In this document: one piece after another, positions 9,657-23,877 of the stretch
Numbering within the stretch: the stretch's first letter is position 1
Layout: each line of letters begins with the position of its first letter
Assembly (NCBI GenBank): GCA_040143965.1
Contig: JASJQH010000002.1
Span: 1 to 64,000, forward strand
DNA length: 64,000 bases
Reading direction: 5' to 3'
DNA from: Basidiobolus ranarum
Lineage: Eukaryota
The notes under the pieces: generated by a model
What the model was told of the DNA's origin: nothing
Databases searched by the model: none
What the model saw: the letters and a program-made list of their open reading frames with translations, nothing else
Made by a program: the position numbers and the translations under genes

Positions 9657-11098
9657 ATGAACACATTCTCTACAATTAGTCGTACCAGAGCTATGGGTTC
9701 TCTCTTGGGACACTCGTATGTATACTTGTTATTCCTTATTCAATTTAGGAACTTAATAACCAACGGTTTATCTCAATTAGGGCCATAAGAGCTTTATCTC
9801 AAAATATCCGACAGGTATTACCTTAACCTTGTGAAGATTTTATACGTAGGTATTGATTTAGGTTCTAAATTTATAGAACTCTACCTTGAGTAGTACTTCC
9901 ATACTTAGAACTCAGAGGACTGTTTTTTCAAAAGTGAATAGTGGCCATTTTAAACGTTCCGCTCTTCCCGCTCTCTTGGGTGTACCTCTACACCACGCTA
10001 CTGGTTTTGAGAGAAATTTTTCGTTCGGCTCACCCAGATTCAATTCTACTTCCACCACTGCGCCCGTAATCGATAATACTACAAGCATAGTCGATACCTC
10101 TGATAGTGGATCATTTTTGACTTCTGTTGCCGATACCATGGATACAAGCGCCATTGTGGATGCCGCCATGAAGGTTGGTGACCTTAAAGCTATGGGGTTA
10201 GTCAACAACTCGCCGGTCGGGTTGATTCAAGCTGCGTTAGAGTTTATTCATGTCAGCACTGGGATCCCATGGTGGGGAACCATTGTTGCTACTACCCTCC
10301 TCATCCGTCTAGCTTTATTCCCTCTTGTTATCAAGCTTCAAAGAAATGCCGCCACGCTTCACAATATCAAGCCTGAAATGGACCATCTCACCATGCAATT
10401 GAATAAAGCTAAGGCAGAGGGAGATACAGCGGCTATCGGTCAGTACTCTCAAGAATTTCGCGGATTATTTGAGAAGCACCAGGCGAATCCCTTTAAGATG
10501 TTAGCACTTCCACTTATGCAAGCACCAGTGATGCTTTCATTCTTCTTTGCTCTAAGAGATATGGCGCAATTACCTGTCCCACAATTTCAAACTGGTGGTA
10601 CTGCTTGGTTTACTGATTTAACCCTCGCAGATCCTTATTATATATTACCCGCACTCTCTGGTCTCGGGTTTCTAGCGATTTTAGAAGTAAGATCTATATG
10701 ACCACTTGTAATCGAATCAAATCTCATATTTTACTCTACTTTTTATAGCTCGGTAGTGAAGCAGGTACCAATGCAGGTCAGACCAAACAACTCAAATGGT
10801 TGTTTAGATTTATGGCGGTTGCCATGGTACCTGTGACAGCCAATTTCGCATCGGTAAGTGTTCACTCGAACTTGACAAATAGAGGCATTCATTGACACTA
10901 ATCGGATCTATTACTTAGTCGATCTTCGTCTACTGGGTAACATCTAATTTGTTTTCGGTCGGACAAGTACTTTCTTTAAAGAGTCCGGCCATTCGTAAAG
11001 CTTTCAATATACCCATCCTTAAGCAACATAAAGTAATAGCCTCCCCTGCCAACAAAACTTCCGGAAAGGCCAAGAAAATCAAGTCCAATAGAAAGTAG
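9657..11098 (+). CDS. OXA1: Mitochondrial inner-membrane insertase Oxa1 (multi-exon)
   Basis: Spliced presequence MNTFSTISRTRAMG...; motifs GIPWWGTIVATTLLIRLALFP, QAPVMLSFFFALRDMA, WFTDLTLADPYYILP, VYWVTSNLFS. Confidence 0.92.
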
Positions 11099-11205
11099 AG
11101 GATACACATTTATTGCACATATATACTTGCATCATCAACAAATTATTATATAAATATAATGTACGAAACCATTGAACTGAATTGTAATATGCATGATTTA
11201 AGTGA

Positions 11206-14200
11206 TTACTGCCAGTAGTTGCTGCCAGTCCATGATAGTTGTTCTTTTATGCTCTTTGCGCCTTGATTTACTTCTTCTATCACATGAATCCCCTCATTCT
11301 CCAACTTGGACAAGACTGGGGAATAGATCTCTGGGATGGTGGGAGATAAGACTCCGTGAGCATTAATCTTGCCTAATTTCAAAAGTGAGTGAGTATCTCG
11401 CCGATAATGAATGTTTGTTTTGCACATACCCTTAAGTAACAAATCAGCCGTGATCGCAGCGGGAAGTGCTACGGTTTTGGCCATACCGGAGTAGCCTCCA
11501 ATGGCTCCATAAGTAATAAGAGTTGATTTATGAATTTCCTAGATAAAAAACATCAGAAATCTTAATCCATCTTCTTAACCAAATGTTACACGTATGATTA
11601 CCTTTTTGCCATCCGAGCGCTCAACCCCAAACTCATGATGAAGTGCTACCATATCACGTTCATGTGAGTTGTATTGAAGTTTTCGCGAAAGTATGGTACA
11701 GAAAGCGTCTAAGATGGTGGGTGTATTGATCTTGGGAAGAGATTCAGCTTCTTTGGTCATCTGTAGCCTGAGAAGATTCATACAATTTTAATACCCTTTT
11801 CAAGACTCTAATCATTGGTGATAATAAATAACTAACCATGATAAGGCACTCATTACTCTGGTGACCATCGGATGATTCTGAGGTAACTCTAATTTGTTCG
11901 AGATCTTACTCAAACGTGAATTGTGATCACCTCCCTTATTGCCTATTACCGAATCCAGGAAAGCGGGCTTAAAGATGTTTAACAAACCGTAAGTCACAGT
12001 AAATCTTGGATAAAATCACATGTACTTACCCAATTATCGAAATCCTGGTGACTGGATTCCTGTGATAGCATACCAATCTTGCTGAAGGCGTACATGAGGT
12101 CAGAGTACCCCTAACATGGATTCTACAGTTAGAAAAGTGCGGGAAATGATTGGTTTTCAAGTACCATCTTACCTTGAATCTAAGAGTGCCACGGAACATG
12201 GTATCTAACTCCTCTACTGGACCCAAGCCATAGGTATCTACATATTGTAGAGAATCTCGATTGGCCAGTCCTTCAAAAGCAAAGCCAGGGAAAATGGGTA
12301 CCGATGGGAAATAGTTGGCCAAAAGCTTGTTTCCTGGAATAGTATGTAACTTTTCGAAAGGTGAGATTACATGTTCGCAATAATCACGACAACTGATCGG
12401 GAAATACCTTTCCATTCATCTTGAATTGGGCATCATTAAGACCAGCAGTCAAAACACCACGAGGAGACCAACTGAATTTGTAACCCAGTGGGTTATCAGA
12501 GCATTCGGGAGCGGGTAATCCACCACACCAAGAAATAAATGAGGTGATCTTTTTCGTATGAATTGGTTAGAAAGTTGGTCGGTCTAAAGTTAGTTTCAAT
12601 ATCTCATTACCCGGCCATTCTTCCGTTTAACTTCGTCAATTATTTTCATCGCAGTCAAATGATCAATTCCAGGATCAAGACCAATCTCATTGATGATACT
12701 AACTCCAGCTTGCTTCGCCCTTTAGTTAGGAGTTAATTTTAAATTTCTTTCCAAGTTCAATTGAATTCTAGAATAATTACTGTTTATCAAGAGCCATCAT
12801 CGCAGGGGAGATATAACTAGCAGTCACCATATTCTTCTTCTCAGCTATACATGCTTGAGCAACTGCTGGATGGAAAGGAGCTGGGACAAAACTGAAAAGT
12901 TAGTTAGTAAAATTTCACATGATGTTCAATGATCTTGTCATTTACACACCTAACCACAACGTCAGACTTTCTCACTAAGCCGGAAAGTTTCTCCGGATCT
13001 TGAACATGAAGGTCAGTCACCCTAGTATTACCTCGGCCATTGGCTAAGGCAGTGGCTTCTTGTACTTGATTGCTCGCTAATTTTGATAGATGAGTTATAG
13101 AATGATAAACTGGCGCACATTCTTAGATCTGACATACCAATGGTGACTTCAGTATTTTCATCTCTGAGAAAATAGTCGATCAGAGGAGCAGAAACAAAAC
13201 CCGAACCAAGTAATAAAACTCGATTTTTCTCATTGGACTTTACGGTTATACCAGAGCTAGAATAGAACCTATCATTTAATTATGATTCTTCTCTAGAGTA
13301 AGATAAAATTCCTTTACTTGGTGGATTTAGAAAGTTTCTTTTGAAGATGTTGATGCTTTGGAGTTAAATCTCCATTCTCAGCGATTGTAGCTCTCTTTAG
13401 GGTTGGATGATCAAAATTTCCTAGTGCCTAATGAAGTTCATCAGTTAAAAACTATCAAGATGATGGATTTTAGGAATATTTACCAGTTCTTTGGCGAAGG
13501 GATAAAGAGCATTACTGAAATGCTCACTGCTCTCAGCAGGAATCTCAGTAGGTAGATTATCGATAGACATTACTTGAGTACCAGTGTGCTCAATACTAGT
13601 ATTCAATGGTTAACTTCATATTTCAATTGTAAATTCCAAATGTAAATCCATATTTCACTTACTCTTGATGTTCATTGCCATTTACTGCATCATAATAAAA
13701 GAAAGGCTCGTCAATGGTGGTAGTTTTGGTAGTGAACTCTAAGCTTCCCTAAATTTCAACGAGATGGTAAGTATAAAGCATATTAGATGATGAATGCATC
13801 TATCAACTAACCTCAATATCACAACTAATATCGGCAACTGACACCATTCGATACTGGTTTTTATCGTCTGATTGAAGCTCGGCGAGTTGCTCATTAGTTA
13901 GAAGTCGAGGGTATTCATTTGACCAGAATAAGCCGTTCACTAAGGCAGTGGTATAAGGAGCAATCTTGGTATGGAAGTTGGAAGTGTAATTCTGTGGATT
14001 CTTGAAATAATCATCACGAACTATAGGACCTCCATCTTTTTTCTGGATATAATCGTTAAAAGTAACCTCACAAGCATATATCTTCTTGTTATCGAAGTCT
14101 AGAATCAAGTCAGTTAGTCAATTTTAGGTATCAATATAGCCTACATAACAGTATGAGTACCGTTAGACTTGACAAGTTTTTCGAGCTCACTGGGTTTGAT

Positions 14201-15184
14201 GTATTCATGAGGAAGACTAGAGAATACATCTTGTGCACCCTAGAAAAGTAACTTCATTAATCATGTGGTCTGAATCAAGAAGATGTCGCCAAAATATTAC
14301 CTTTGAAACACTACCACTTCCGGTAAATGTGAAAACAACAGGTCCAAACTCTCTAGGGAATCCTTCTTCAGCAATAATCTTGCCAACTTTTTGAATGGTA
14401 GACTTAGCATCGGCAAGAGATTGGTAATTATGGGCCATACCAACATACTAAAAAGTGCATTAAGTATATTGATTATAATACGTCCTTGAAAGATTTCCTT
14501 GAATCCTTACCAAAAATGGTGTGTTGTAACCAAAGCCTAATAGACGTTGGCCTATCCCGTGTAAGCAGTTGATCATCCCAGCATACCCTGCATGAGTTCC
14601 AAACAGAACTAAGCGAGCACCAGCCTCGTTTGTGATTAGCTCATAATCAATCAAGCGGATTTTCTATTGCCAAAGAGATGCGTTAATTTCCAGAACTATC
14701 TCTAGTCTTTCAAGTATCAAAAAGTAGAACCTTATCCAGAACATCTTGAAGCATGGGCATATTGTATGGTTGTCCCTTATGGGTGTGAGAAAAATACATG
14801 TAGGTTTTGTCAGCCATAAGCTTACTCTTCGGGACTTCTTTAATGCCTAGAATAACATCAGCCTCAGAAAGATCATCTTTTAGAATAGCTCCAGCCTTGG
14901 TGATAAAACAAACATTCAATTTAACAGTTGAACCAAAATACTGACGATCAATCCTATGATATTACCTTCTCATATCTTGCGTTGGTAAATACTCGATTAT
15001 TTGAACGTTGAACTAACACCTTGACTCCGGTCTCTTTGATTAAAGACTCCACATGTTGAGGTGTAAGTGCGACTCTGCGTTCCCATCTATTCTTGTCTTC
15101 ACTGCGAATCCCAAGAGTCTTTAAACGAGAACTAGCGGTATTTAAGAAACGACGTTGTCCAATGAAACGTGATTGTGAGAACAT
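11206..15184 (-). CDS. AASS: Bifunctional lysine-ketoglutarate reductase / saccharopine dehydrogenase (AASS-type), many exons
   Basis: N-terminal LKR motifs ([41 protein letters not shown]) followed by SDH motifs ([38 protein letters not shown]) in one gene with a mitochondrial presequence. Confidence 0.93.
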
Positions 15185-16303
15185 GACCAACTTTACTATG
15201 GATACAACTTTCTTCGATGAACAATATCAGTAACTAGGTCTATATACCGATATCTTTAAGAAAACCTACAACGTCTCCCCTTAAGTCTTTTTATATCGAG
15301 AATCCAATCGAAACAAAGGTTCTCACAAATTATTGTTTAGGCATGAATCGATGACCGTGAGAACTGAAGTCATTTGATGACGCTCCAATCATGCAGTCAC
15401 ATACTAGCAGTCCAACAATATTACCATCATTCTCAGAGCGTGAGATTTTTCTTGATCATGGATGCTAAAGTCTTAAAATTTCAATGAACAACTTTCGGTT
15501 GATTGGTTTCAAATAGAGGATTTATTAACGCAAGAAAATTCACGTGGATTCTTTCACAACCTCTATTTAAAATGCTCAAGTTACCACAAACATCAACAAC
15601 AACCTCTCTTTGTTCACCGTCTCTTAGTGAGTGGAGTAAATCATTGTTATATCATTCTCATTGAATCCCTAAATATGAAACAAAGTTATGTCACACTTGT
15701 AAAGCCGGTTTGAAGTTTTCTTGAGACCCTGGAATACATCCAGACCCAAATCTATCTTATTCCCAGCCTAAGTCCAATTCATGGTGGATAGTGAATGATG
15801 CATGGTATTAATGGAGGAATCAACAGAAAATGCCCATATTCTGGGACTCTTAGGACACACACAGCCTAATATAATGTTGACATGGAGTTTCTCAGCCAAC
15901 CCCCTTATTTGTGTATTTGATGTATTATAATACTAAAACCGTGAGACTTCAGGGGGTGTTTCGTATGAATACTTGGATTTGTGGTCAGTTGACATGCTGA
16001 GTTTTCAGTGTTAACGATAGAGAAGACAACCAATGATTGGTCATTTTTGAAATTTAAATAAAGATCGAAATGAATATTTTGTACCAAATTCACTACCATT
16101 CTGTTTAAAATCAACCAAATAGATTGGTTCTTTATAGTGGCACAAAATGGAAGATACATATGTTGCAACTCATTGTCACAGTGTGAAAATTCACCAACAA
16201 ATCCAATATTTATCTTCAAATTGGAATTCTACACCGACACATCGGCACACACACAACCTCATAACTACACTTCATTGGCTCCAATGTTAAGTGAAACGGA
16301 TAT

Positions 16304-17709
16304 TTACTTGGTCAAATGGTAAAGATCACCAAGGCTATTGGCAAGATATTCAGCCTGTATTTCGGAGGCTTCTGCCTCAGACTCTTTTGTTGTAACACCT
16401 ATTGAAGATAGTAAAATAGTCAACTCTCGGAAGTCAATGGAACTATTCCGAAAAACCACTTACCAGTAAGGACGAGAAGGGTGCTTAACCCACCATTGAT
16501 TCCAAACAGGATATCAGTGTTAATGCTGGAATAATGAACCCAATCATTAGTGATCTATACGAACGGTTTTTGAACTTGATAGAAAGATGAATTACCGATC
16601 ACCAACCATACAGGTCTTTTCCTTGTCCAAATGGTATTTCAACATAATGCAATCAAGCATGGTTTGTTGTGGTTTACCCATATAGAGCGGTTCGCGACCA
16701 AGTGCAGTAATGATAGGAGATATAAGGGCGCCAGCACCTTGAATTTTCAACTCGTAAATATACAAATACCAAATAACCATGAACTACACTCAACATACCA
16801 GGATAAACAGTTCCTCCAATTGGATAGGTAGCATCCTCATTAGTAGCAATAAATGTACATTCAGGATTATGATAAAGATATGTGAAAGCTCTAGCGTATT
16901 TCCTGTAAGTCAAGTCGGCATCAAAACCCATCACCACTGCACCAATCTGAAATGATCATGTTAGGAAAATGAAGGTTTAAATCAGAAATCCATCCTTAAA
17001 TACCTCAGGATTGGGTTTGATTGTATGCAAAGTGTCGAAATTGATTGGATCATTGTCTTCCTGTAAGATATGAAAGTTGTAAGTATAAACTAATTTCTAA
17101 CCGAATTGAGAATTCATTTCACTTACATCAATTCCCCGAACTTGGATACCTTCAGCTTCTAACTCAGTTCTTAACCCCCCTTCACCAAAAGCATAAACCT
17201 TCTTGTCAGCAGGAAGTTTCAAAAGGTTCTTTATATAGTAAGCTGAAGCGTAAGCAGAGCTGAAGATTTCATCCTACAAACAAAAAGGTTATTGAGTAAA
17301 CAGCCATACGAATAATATGGTGCTATATTACCTCTGTGGCAGTAAGACCCAAAGATTTAAATTTTTCCACATACTCAGCTCGTGATTTGGTGCTATTGTT
17401 AGTAACAAAGAGCAGCCTTTTACCTAGGGAAAGAACTCTGGTTTACTACAAATTATGAATATAGGACGAAACGTTCCACTCATACCTTTAGCACGAAGAA
17501 TATCCATAGTTTCACAAACACCATCTAAAACATGCTTCCCTTGCCACAACACACCTATTCAAACGAAAGGAATATACAACCCAAACATAATCAGCTGAAT
17601 GTTTATGACGAGGATGAGGAAGAATATACGTACCATCACAATCAAAAAGAAAAGTATCGAAACGGTCAATGAAAGCTTGAGCTTCTTCAGCGGTGGTAAT
17701 TTTGTGCAT
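16304..17709 (-). CDS. PHO13: HAD-IIA phosphatase (4-nitrophenylphosphatase / phosphoglycolate phosphatase)
   Basis: FDTFLFDCDG motif I, FVTNNSTKSR, FIATNED, GKPQQTM, CMVGDR..TDILFG. Confidence 0.9.
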
Positions 17710-18272
17710 TTTATCGAATTAATTCAGTGACAGCAGTATATTTATGGATGCTTATATATATATTTAAATGGTGTACTGGACATTTCCGAGCAACCATTCT
17801 TAATAATTCTTTGTAATTGGAATGAAATAAAAAAACAGGCAAAAGCTCTGGGCCGTATTGAAAAAGCTTAATTTAGTAGAGATAACTATATTTATCCAGA
17901 TTTCGTCTTTAAAAAGTCGATCATGATAATGCATTAAGAAATGAACGTCTTCTGAATAGATTATTTAGTAAGTTCCATGATCTACTGATAAAATCTCACC
18001 AAAAGCGATGATTAGTTTGTAAATAAGCCAACAGGATGGGTTTCAATGAATTTATTTTAGCAAATACATTATCTATACAGTGTGCTATGCTAATGTAGCG
18101 GGGTTGATCTAAAACTAGATGGTGGGTTTTTGGTATTCGAATTTTTATACAGCGGAGATCAAATAAGGGAAATGGTGTGAGCTAGTTCCTGAAGTAGCGT
18201 TCCCTAGCTTTATATCAGGTACGATATTACGGTACGTTGGAATTTAAAGTAGGGATGTGTGTTGGTTATCGT

Positions 18273-18602
18273 TTAGTTCTCGTTCATCAAGTCATCCCAA
18301 AGATCATCAACTGGGGCTTCTGCGTGATCAATCATGGGGTTGACTTCCATATTTTGGTTAAGGGTATACATGGCTTGGTGGTTCCATTCAACATCATCGG
18401 CGTTAAGAACGCCTCTCATATACTCATTTTCGGCGCGTTCGAAGGCTGCACGTTCATTCTCTTCCATGGGGACAGTAAAAAGATTGGTCAAGTTGCGTGA
18501 GCGAACTGTAGCCATGGGGGCAGTGCGCATAGCAACACGCTTGAGGGTAACTAAGCCGGAAACTTTAGCTAAGGTGGTGAAGGCAGCAATACGGGCAGAC
18601 AT
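18273..18602 (-). CDS. Small hypothetical protein, probably mitochondrial (109 aa)
   Basis: ATG at 18602 (MSARIAAFTTLAKV...), basic amphipathic N-terminus, acidic C-terminus, coding-like base composition. Confidence 0.65.
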   Translation of the reverse strand: MSARIAAFTTLAKVSGLVTLKRVAMRTAPMATVRSRNLTNLFTVPMEENERAAFERAENEYMRGVLNADDVEWNHQAMYTLNQNMEVNPMIDHAEAPVDDLWDDLMNEN

Positions 18603-20386
18603 TGTTGAAGTATAATGGATTGAACAGAAAATACTTGAACTAGTGTGAGTTAGTGACTCTTTTATAGTTTCCAACTCCAAACCCATCACAATCCCTCAGC
18701 CAATCGGCATTTCTAAATTGAAGAAATCAAAGGGACCTCGAATAACCACTATCACAATCTCATCGTCATGTGGTTAGAGCTTTTAACATAGCAGAACTTA
18801 ACCTACTGAATGCATTCAATCTGATGTTGCATAGATTATACGTCGACTTTGGAGGCACGATCTAGTCTGTTTATCTTCTTATCTGAACGGTGGAAGAAAT
18901 CGGGAATTGTCGGGCGATAAGAATTGAGTCGCAACAGGTGAGGAGGTTAAGAGAAAGCATGAGATAGATCTAGATCACTGGTGTTCTTCTCTGAATCAAG
19001 AAAACTAAACCTTCTCACCAATCAACAAAATCGATTAATCGATCATTGGAGAATTATCTCAGGAGAATTAACTAAAACTAGGCGCAAGTGGTAGAAGTTA
19101 CGTCAGAAGATTGTAACCGATAACTAGATACTACTTACGGCACTACCTTAATCCTTGGTTGTACTAATAGGAAGCCAAGTGAAGATACAATTTCGATCTG
19201 GAAAAAAACTCTTGTGAATAGTCCGGAAGATTCCGTATGGATGATAGTCACGTTATTATTTAAAGTTACTCAAAAACATTGTTGAGATAAGGGGAACTCG
19301 AACCGAATGTAACGCAAAAACCAAGAGATGCCTGACCCTTCTAAAACGGTTATTGTTTTCTTGAGAGAAAAGTACTTGACGATATTCGCATAACCCAATA
19401 CATGCAATCTCACTTCAGTATCCACATTTTGATTCTCTACCCACCAAAACAATGAGACCAATCATTGTTGCCCTAGTCGATCGCATTTATCGTGTTGAAC
19501 CGATATATCCGACTAGATATATCCAGTCACTGCCTAGGGCTCCGACAAAAAAGGTTCTTGCAAGTCACACATACACTGGCCTTGCTATCACCTGCCACTC
19601 AACAATTGTCCATTTTAGCTACATTCGGCTGTATCTGACATTGTGCTGATTACTGTAGTGCACGAGCATGTATATCCGAACTCTGACAGTCATTTTAAAC
19701 TATACTCATTAGCCTCAAAGATGTATAATCGTCCCATAGATATGCAATGTTACAAAGTGAAAAGGGGTAGTCATCAGAGATGTTTATCGCTCAAGATCGC
19801 AGTATGAAAATGATACGCCACCGTGATAAAAAACTGATTATTCTCCTACACATGGTACAACTAAGATGGAGTACGCTGGGAACGGGACTTGATTTGTCCG
19901 TATCTGCTCTCTCCCGTAGTACAATTGCCTATTTTTTCATCATTGATTTCCATCTGACTGAGATAAGTGATTTCCATGTTCTCACCAACCTTCTGACTTT
20001 GAGATAAGAATGTGTTACCTAGGATTTCTGCATGAATGGTTAGGCCAAGAAACAAACAAAATTAATTAAACGGGTTATTATTAAGCACTATCAGTAAAGT
20101 AGATTGAATTAATGAGAAAAAATGAAAATTTGTTTAATCATCGATATTTCAAGAGTTCGATAGTTTAATCATAAATAGCTGGAACAGAGCCAAAATTCTA
20201 GAGAAAATGGGTTTTTGTTTGTATCAGTTTCGTTAGTGAGTAATCTATAGTCACATAGTTCCATAAAAATCATCAAAGAGTAGCTATAATACAATAATTG
20301 GTGGGTGAGTGTAGGTGAGAGTTATGTGACGATTGTAAAGTTCTGGACATTGTGTGAACATATGGCACATCGAAATTCTATGGTAT

Positions 20387-21877
20387 CTAAGGGTTTTCTG
20401 TCCTAATGATGAGACATTGTTCCTGGATGATTTTCTGGATAGCTCTGGTTTTGACATGGTTTTCCTGCTTCCTGTATTCGATCGTGCTAGAGAAAAGTAA
20501 GTTTAATGTATCTTTCTATGTTTATAACCAACTTGCATGTAACTTACGTATACCAAATACCTATTGACAATTTACATCAAGTTAATGGTCAGGTGGGTAA
20601 TAAATCACGGGTATAATGTCACTTACCGCCTACTAGTGTTAGTATAATTCCAATGGCATTCATGGCTGAGATATCCAAATTGAATATCAAAAAGGCGAAG
20701 GCAATCGATAGTACTTGCTTAACGTTCCCTTTGGATATGCGAAATCAACTTAATATTCTGTCTGATCATAGAGTTATTTAAGGGTACTAACCGGCTACTG
20801 TCATAGTGAGAGCAGAGGTCTTCTTGTTAGCGGTAAAGCTGACTACATTTAAAAAGAATGCTAACACCCCGTTGAATAGAAGCGCTAATCCTAGAGGCCA
20901 AGTCATGGACGTTTGCACAAATGAGGATACGTATTGAAGCTCTCCAGTCATGTAGGCATACATCAACGTTTGAATAAAGGCCAAAGGGGACATGCGATAT
21001 AACAGGTCTAATGGATGGATCTTCAACCCGCTGGTTTGAACCTTGTTAGTTACAACCGTTTTGACAGCAGCAAGAACTGTGCCTAAGATCGTCAAGAAGA
21101 ACCCTATCGTGTGAATATTTTAGTATCTGGATGTATTCCATTCACACGCTTGTGAAGACTTACCCATGGGTGTGAAATAATAATCGCCAAATGTAGCAAA
21201 GGCAACTCCGAACACAATCTGGTGGTGACAACATGAATTCAGAATTTGAAAATGATGAGCACCTAGTTAAGAATACATACCGGCAAGAGGGAGATGTAAA
21301 TTGCCAACGGAAAGGAGGTTTTTAGAAATATGATGGAAAGAAAAATAGTGAACACAGGAGTCATAGCCCTTACAACTTGGTGAAACTGTAAAAATTCAAG
21401 TTTGTTTAGTGTCACATCATCGATATCTCTGGTGGAATCATAAACCTTCATACCGGAACTGTTACCAAGTGACTAGTAATATAAAATATGAGTATTTGAG
21501 ATCATAATAGTATAGCTATGCTTTTCTTACAGAGAAACGTTGCTTATGGCGATATTCAAAGTATATAACACCGAGAACGCCAGCATTATCGTGTTTTCCC
21601 GTTCGCCTAGTCTACGTGGTTTGAAAATTCCAAACAGATAAAACATGTAAGACCCGATGGCACCACAAAGTGTATGAAGCCCCGTCAAAGTCCAAGGGAA
21701 TTTGAACGAGAAAAACTGCATAAGTGCCTTACTATGCAGGGTCAAAGTGAGGTTGAAGAAAAAATATAGGACAAGCCAGACACCAGAAGAGTTTAAGATA
21801 TCTGTAAAAGGAGTAACCCGGATGGATTGGCGAATACGACTGTACAAAGGAAGAACCTCACTCTGCGTTGAACTCAT
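20387..21877 (-). CDS. Nucleotide-sugar / triose-phosphate transporter family protein
   Basis: LVLYFFFNLTLTL, AFSVLYTLNIAISNVSL, FHQVVRAMTPVFT, LAFFLNVVSFTANKKTSALTMTVAG, spliced over several exons. Confidence 0.88.
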
Positions 21878-22977
21878 AGTGTGCTTGCACTTTACGACAC
21901 AAAGTTAAAGAAGAAAATTTTCGAACCGAGAAGCGATATGAATAGTGAGGGAGGAGAGCTATAAACACTGTAGTATATAAATTCAGATATCAACAAGGAC
22001 ACGAGGTCGAGTTGAGAGAAAGATGGGCTTAGTTTGAAATTGTCAAAGGTACCTTGAGGAGCTAAAGGTCTACTAAAAAGGACAACAGATGGATCGAGAA
22101 ATTTAAATTGCAGCTCGTAATAATGCTAAGATAATAGTCCGTACGTTCGGATAACTATGAATAGGGATACACACAGCTTAGAAGCAGTAAGTTTCGAGGG
22201 GGTTGTATAGCTTGCAGCGGATATAATGCAGATAAAGAGGGGGTAATAACAAGATAACTGGGCTATTTGTAGAAATGGAGAGAGCCCAAGATTAAGGGGA
22301 GTATGTATACCAAATTAAAGGAAGCGGAAGGTACCTAAACTAATTTGCCTCTTCTAATCTTGGCAATTGTAATTGAAACTTAAATTTGAGTATTTTGGAA
22401 CCGGAGAGGTACAATTGGCTGTGACTTGTTGTTAAACCCAAATTACAGAACTATTAGAGGGCTCCAATGTTACTTTTTATGTAGCAAATTAATTATTAAA
22501 AGGAACTCGCGACATCCTATCATAGAGGAATCCAGGGTCAACATCCTCCAGTAGATATATATAACAGGGAAAGTCCAGGCACAAAGGTCGTGGCTTCATT
22601 TTGCACGAGTTTTGGTTACGTTGATTGTTACGAGACTGAGTTCAATATGCTTTGTTTATTAGCTTGGGTCTATAAGCACAACTTAGCTCTCTCATTCAAT
22701 ATTCTCCCATACATTGACAAGAACCAACGATAAAGTCATGAAAATCATTATTTTTATTTGATATTTGTTCGTAAAGACAACCTCTTGATTCACTGGTTAA
22801 TTTACATGAATGATGACGATGATTTCGACAATGTTTTCATGACTGGCAAATTTGATCTTACCAGTTGAAATTTCAATACAATCTGATGTTTGGTCCTATC
22901 CAAATTTCGAGCTAAAATCGTATTATAACTAATGAAGGTATCACAATACAACCAACCTCCCTTTCTTCATAAAAACC

Positions 22978-23730
22978 ATGGTAGGTAGTTCCTATTAACT
23001 CCCGTAGTAATAAAATTACTACTAAACAACCATTAGTCCGTTAGTGTTACCTGTTCTATTGACGAAAGCGTTTTAAAAAACGTCAGAAAATTCCGCTTTG
23101 CAAAAACTCTGGAGAATCCTTCAGCATATCTTAGTACGTTACCCTTTAAAAGCAGTTCACATTGGTTATTTTTCACTAACGACGAATATTTTTCTTAGTC
23201 AAGATAGATCGTAAGAAATTCCTTATTGAAGAAGATGAACTTTTTGAAAATATCCCTCTAGAAGATCTTATTGAAGAGATCCCCGATGACTCACCAAGAT
23301 ATCCTCTTTGAATTTTCTCTTTCTTTTTTGTTTCACCTTGAATTCTTGATTATCCTTAACGCAAACATACATATATCGTTTTAAGTTTCAAGTTTGAACA
23401 TCTTGATGGAAGACTATCGTACCCACTCATCTTCATCTACTACACACCAGTTGGCTGTTAGTATTATTCATACGTTTTACCTCAGATGGATCCGAATTTC
23501 CTTACCATTCATTTTATTGACAGGCTCCACCGAATTGAGCATGCTCTACGCCAGCAACCAACCCTATTTCCAACAGAAAACCGATCTGGGCAAAGTAAGA
23601 GAATATTGAGTAAAAGATGAACATTTAAGGCTCGCCTTTACTAACAAGATTCGTATTTTAGGTTCTTGAGCTTCGTGATAAAGAAGATCTAACCCTTGAA
23701 TGGTTAAAAGAAGCACTAAACCTGGCTTAA
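22978..23730 (+). CDS. AIM7: Glia maturation factor (ADF-H family, Aim7/GMF); 6 exons including one AT-AC intron; absent from the ORF track
   Basis: Spliced translation M-SVSVTCSIDESVLKNVRKFRFAK...IKIDRKKFLIEEDE...EEIPDDSPRYIVLSFKFEHLDGRLSYPLIFIYYTPVGCSTELSMLYAS...VLELRDKEDLTLEWLKEALNLA* matches GMF motifs. Confidence 0.9.
23299..23370 (+). other. U12-type AT-AC intron in GMF
   Basis: 5' site ATATCCTCTT, branch site TCCTTAAC at 23353-23360, 3' end AC at 23369-23370. Removal joins SPR to YIVLS in frame. Confidence 0.9.
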
Positions 23731-23877
23731 AATCATGCTATTTTTTGAGAAACAATAAATCCATTTTTCAAGAAAATTTCGATTTATGTGGTTACTATTT
23801 AGTAAAAACCCCTTCCGTCTTAAATAATAGAAATGGTTATTTATTTATTTGGAAAAAGCGCATGGGAATCAAGAGAT

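Noticed and set aside
22804-22889. Possible box C/D snoRNA (ATGATGA...CTGA with a short terminal stem)
   Set aside because: I could not match a guide to rRNA or snRNA by eye; needs snoscan or Infernal.
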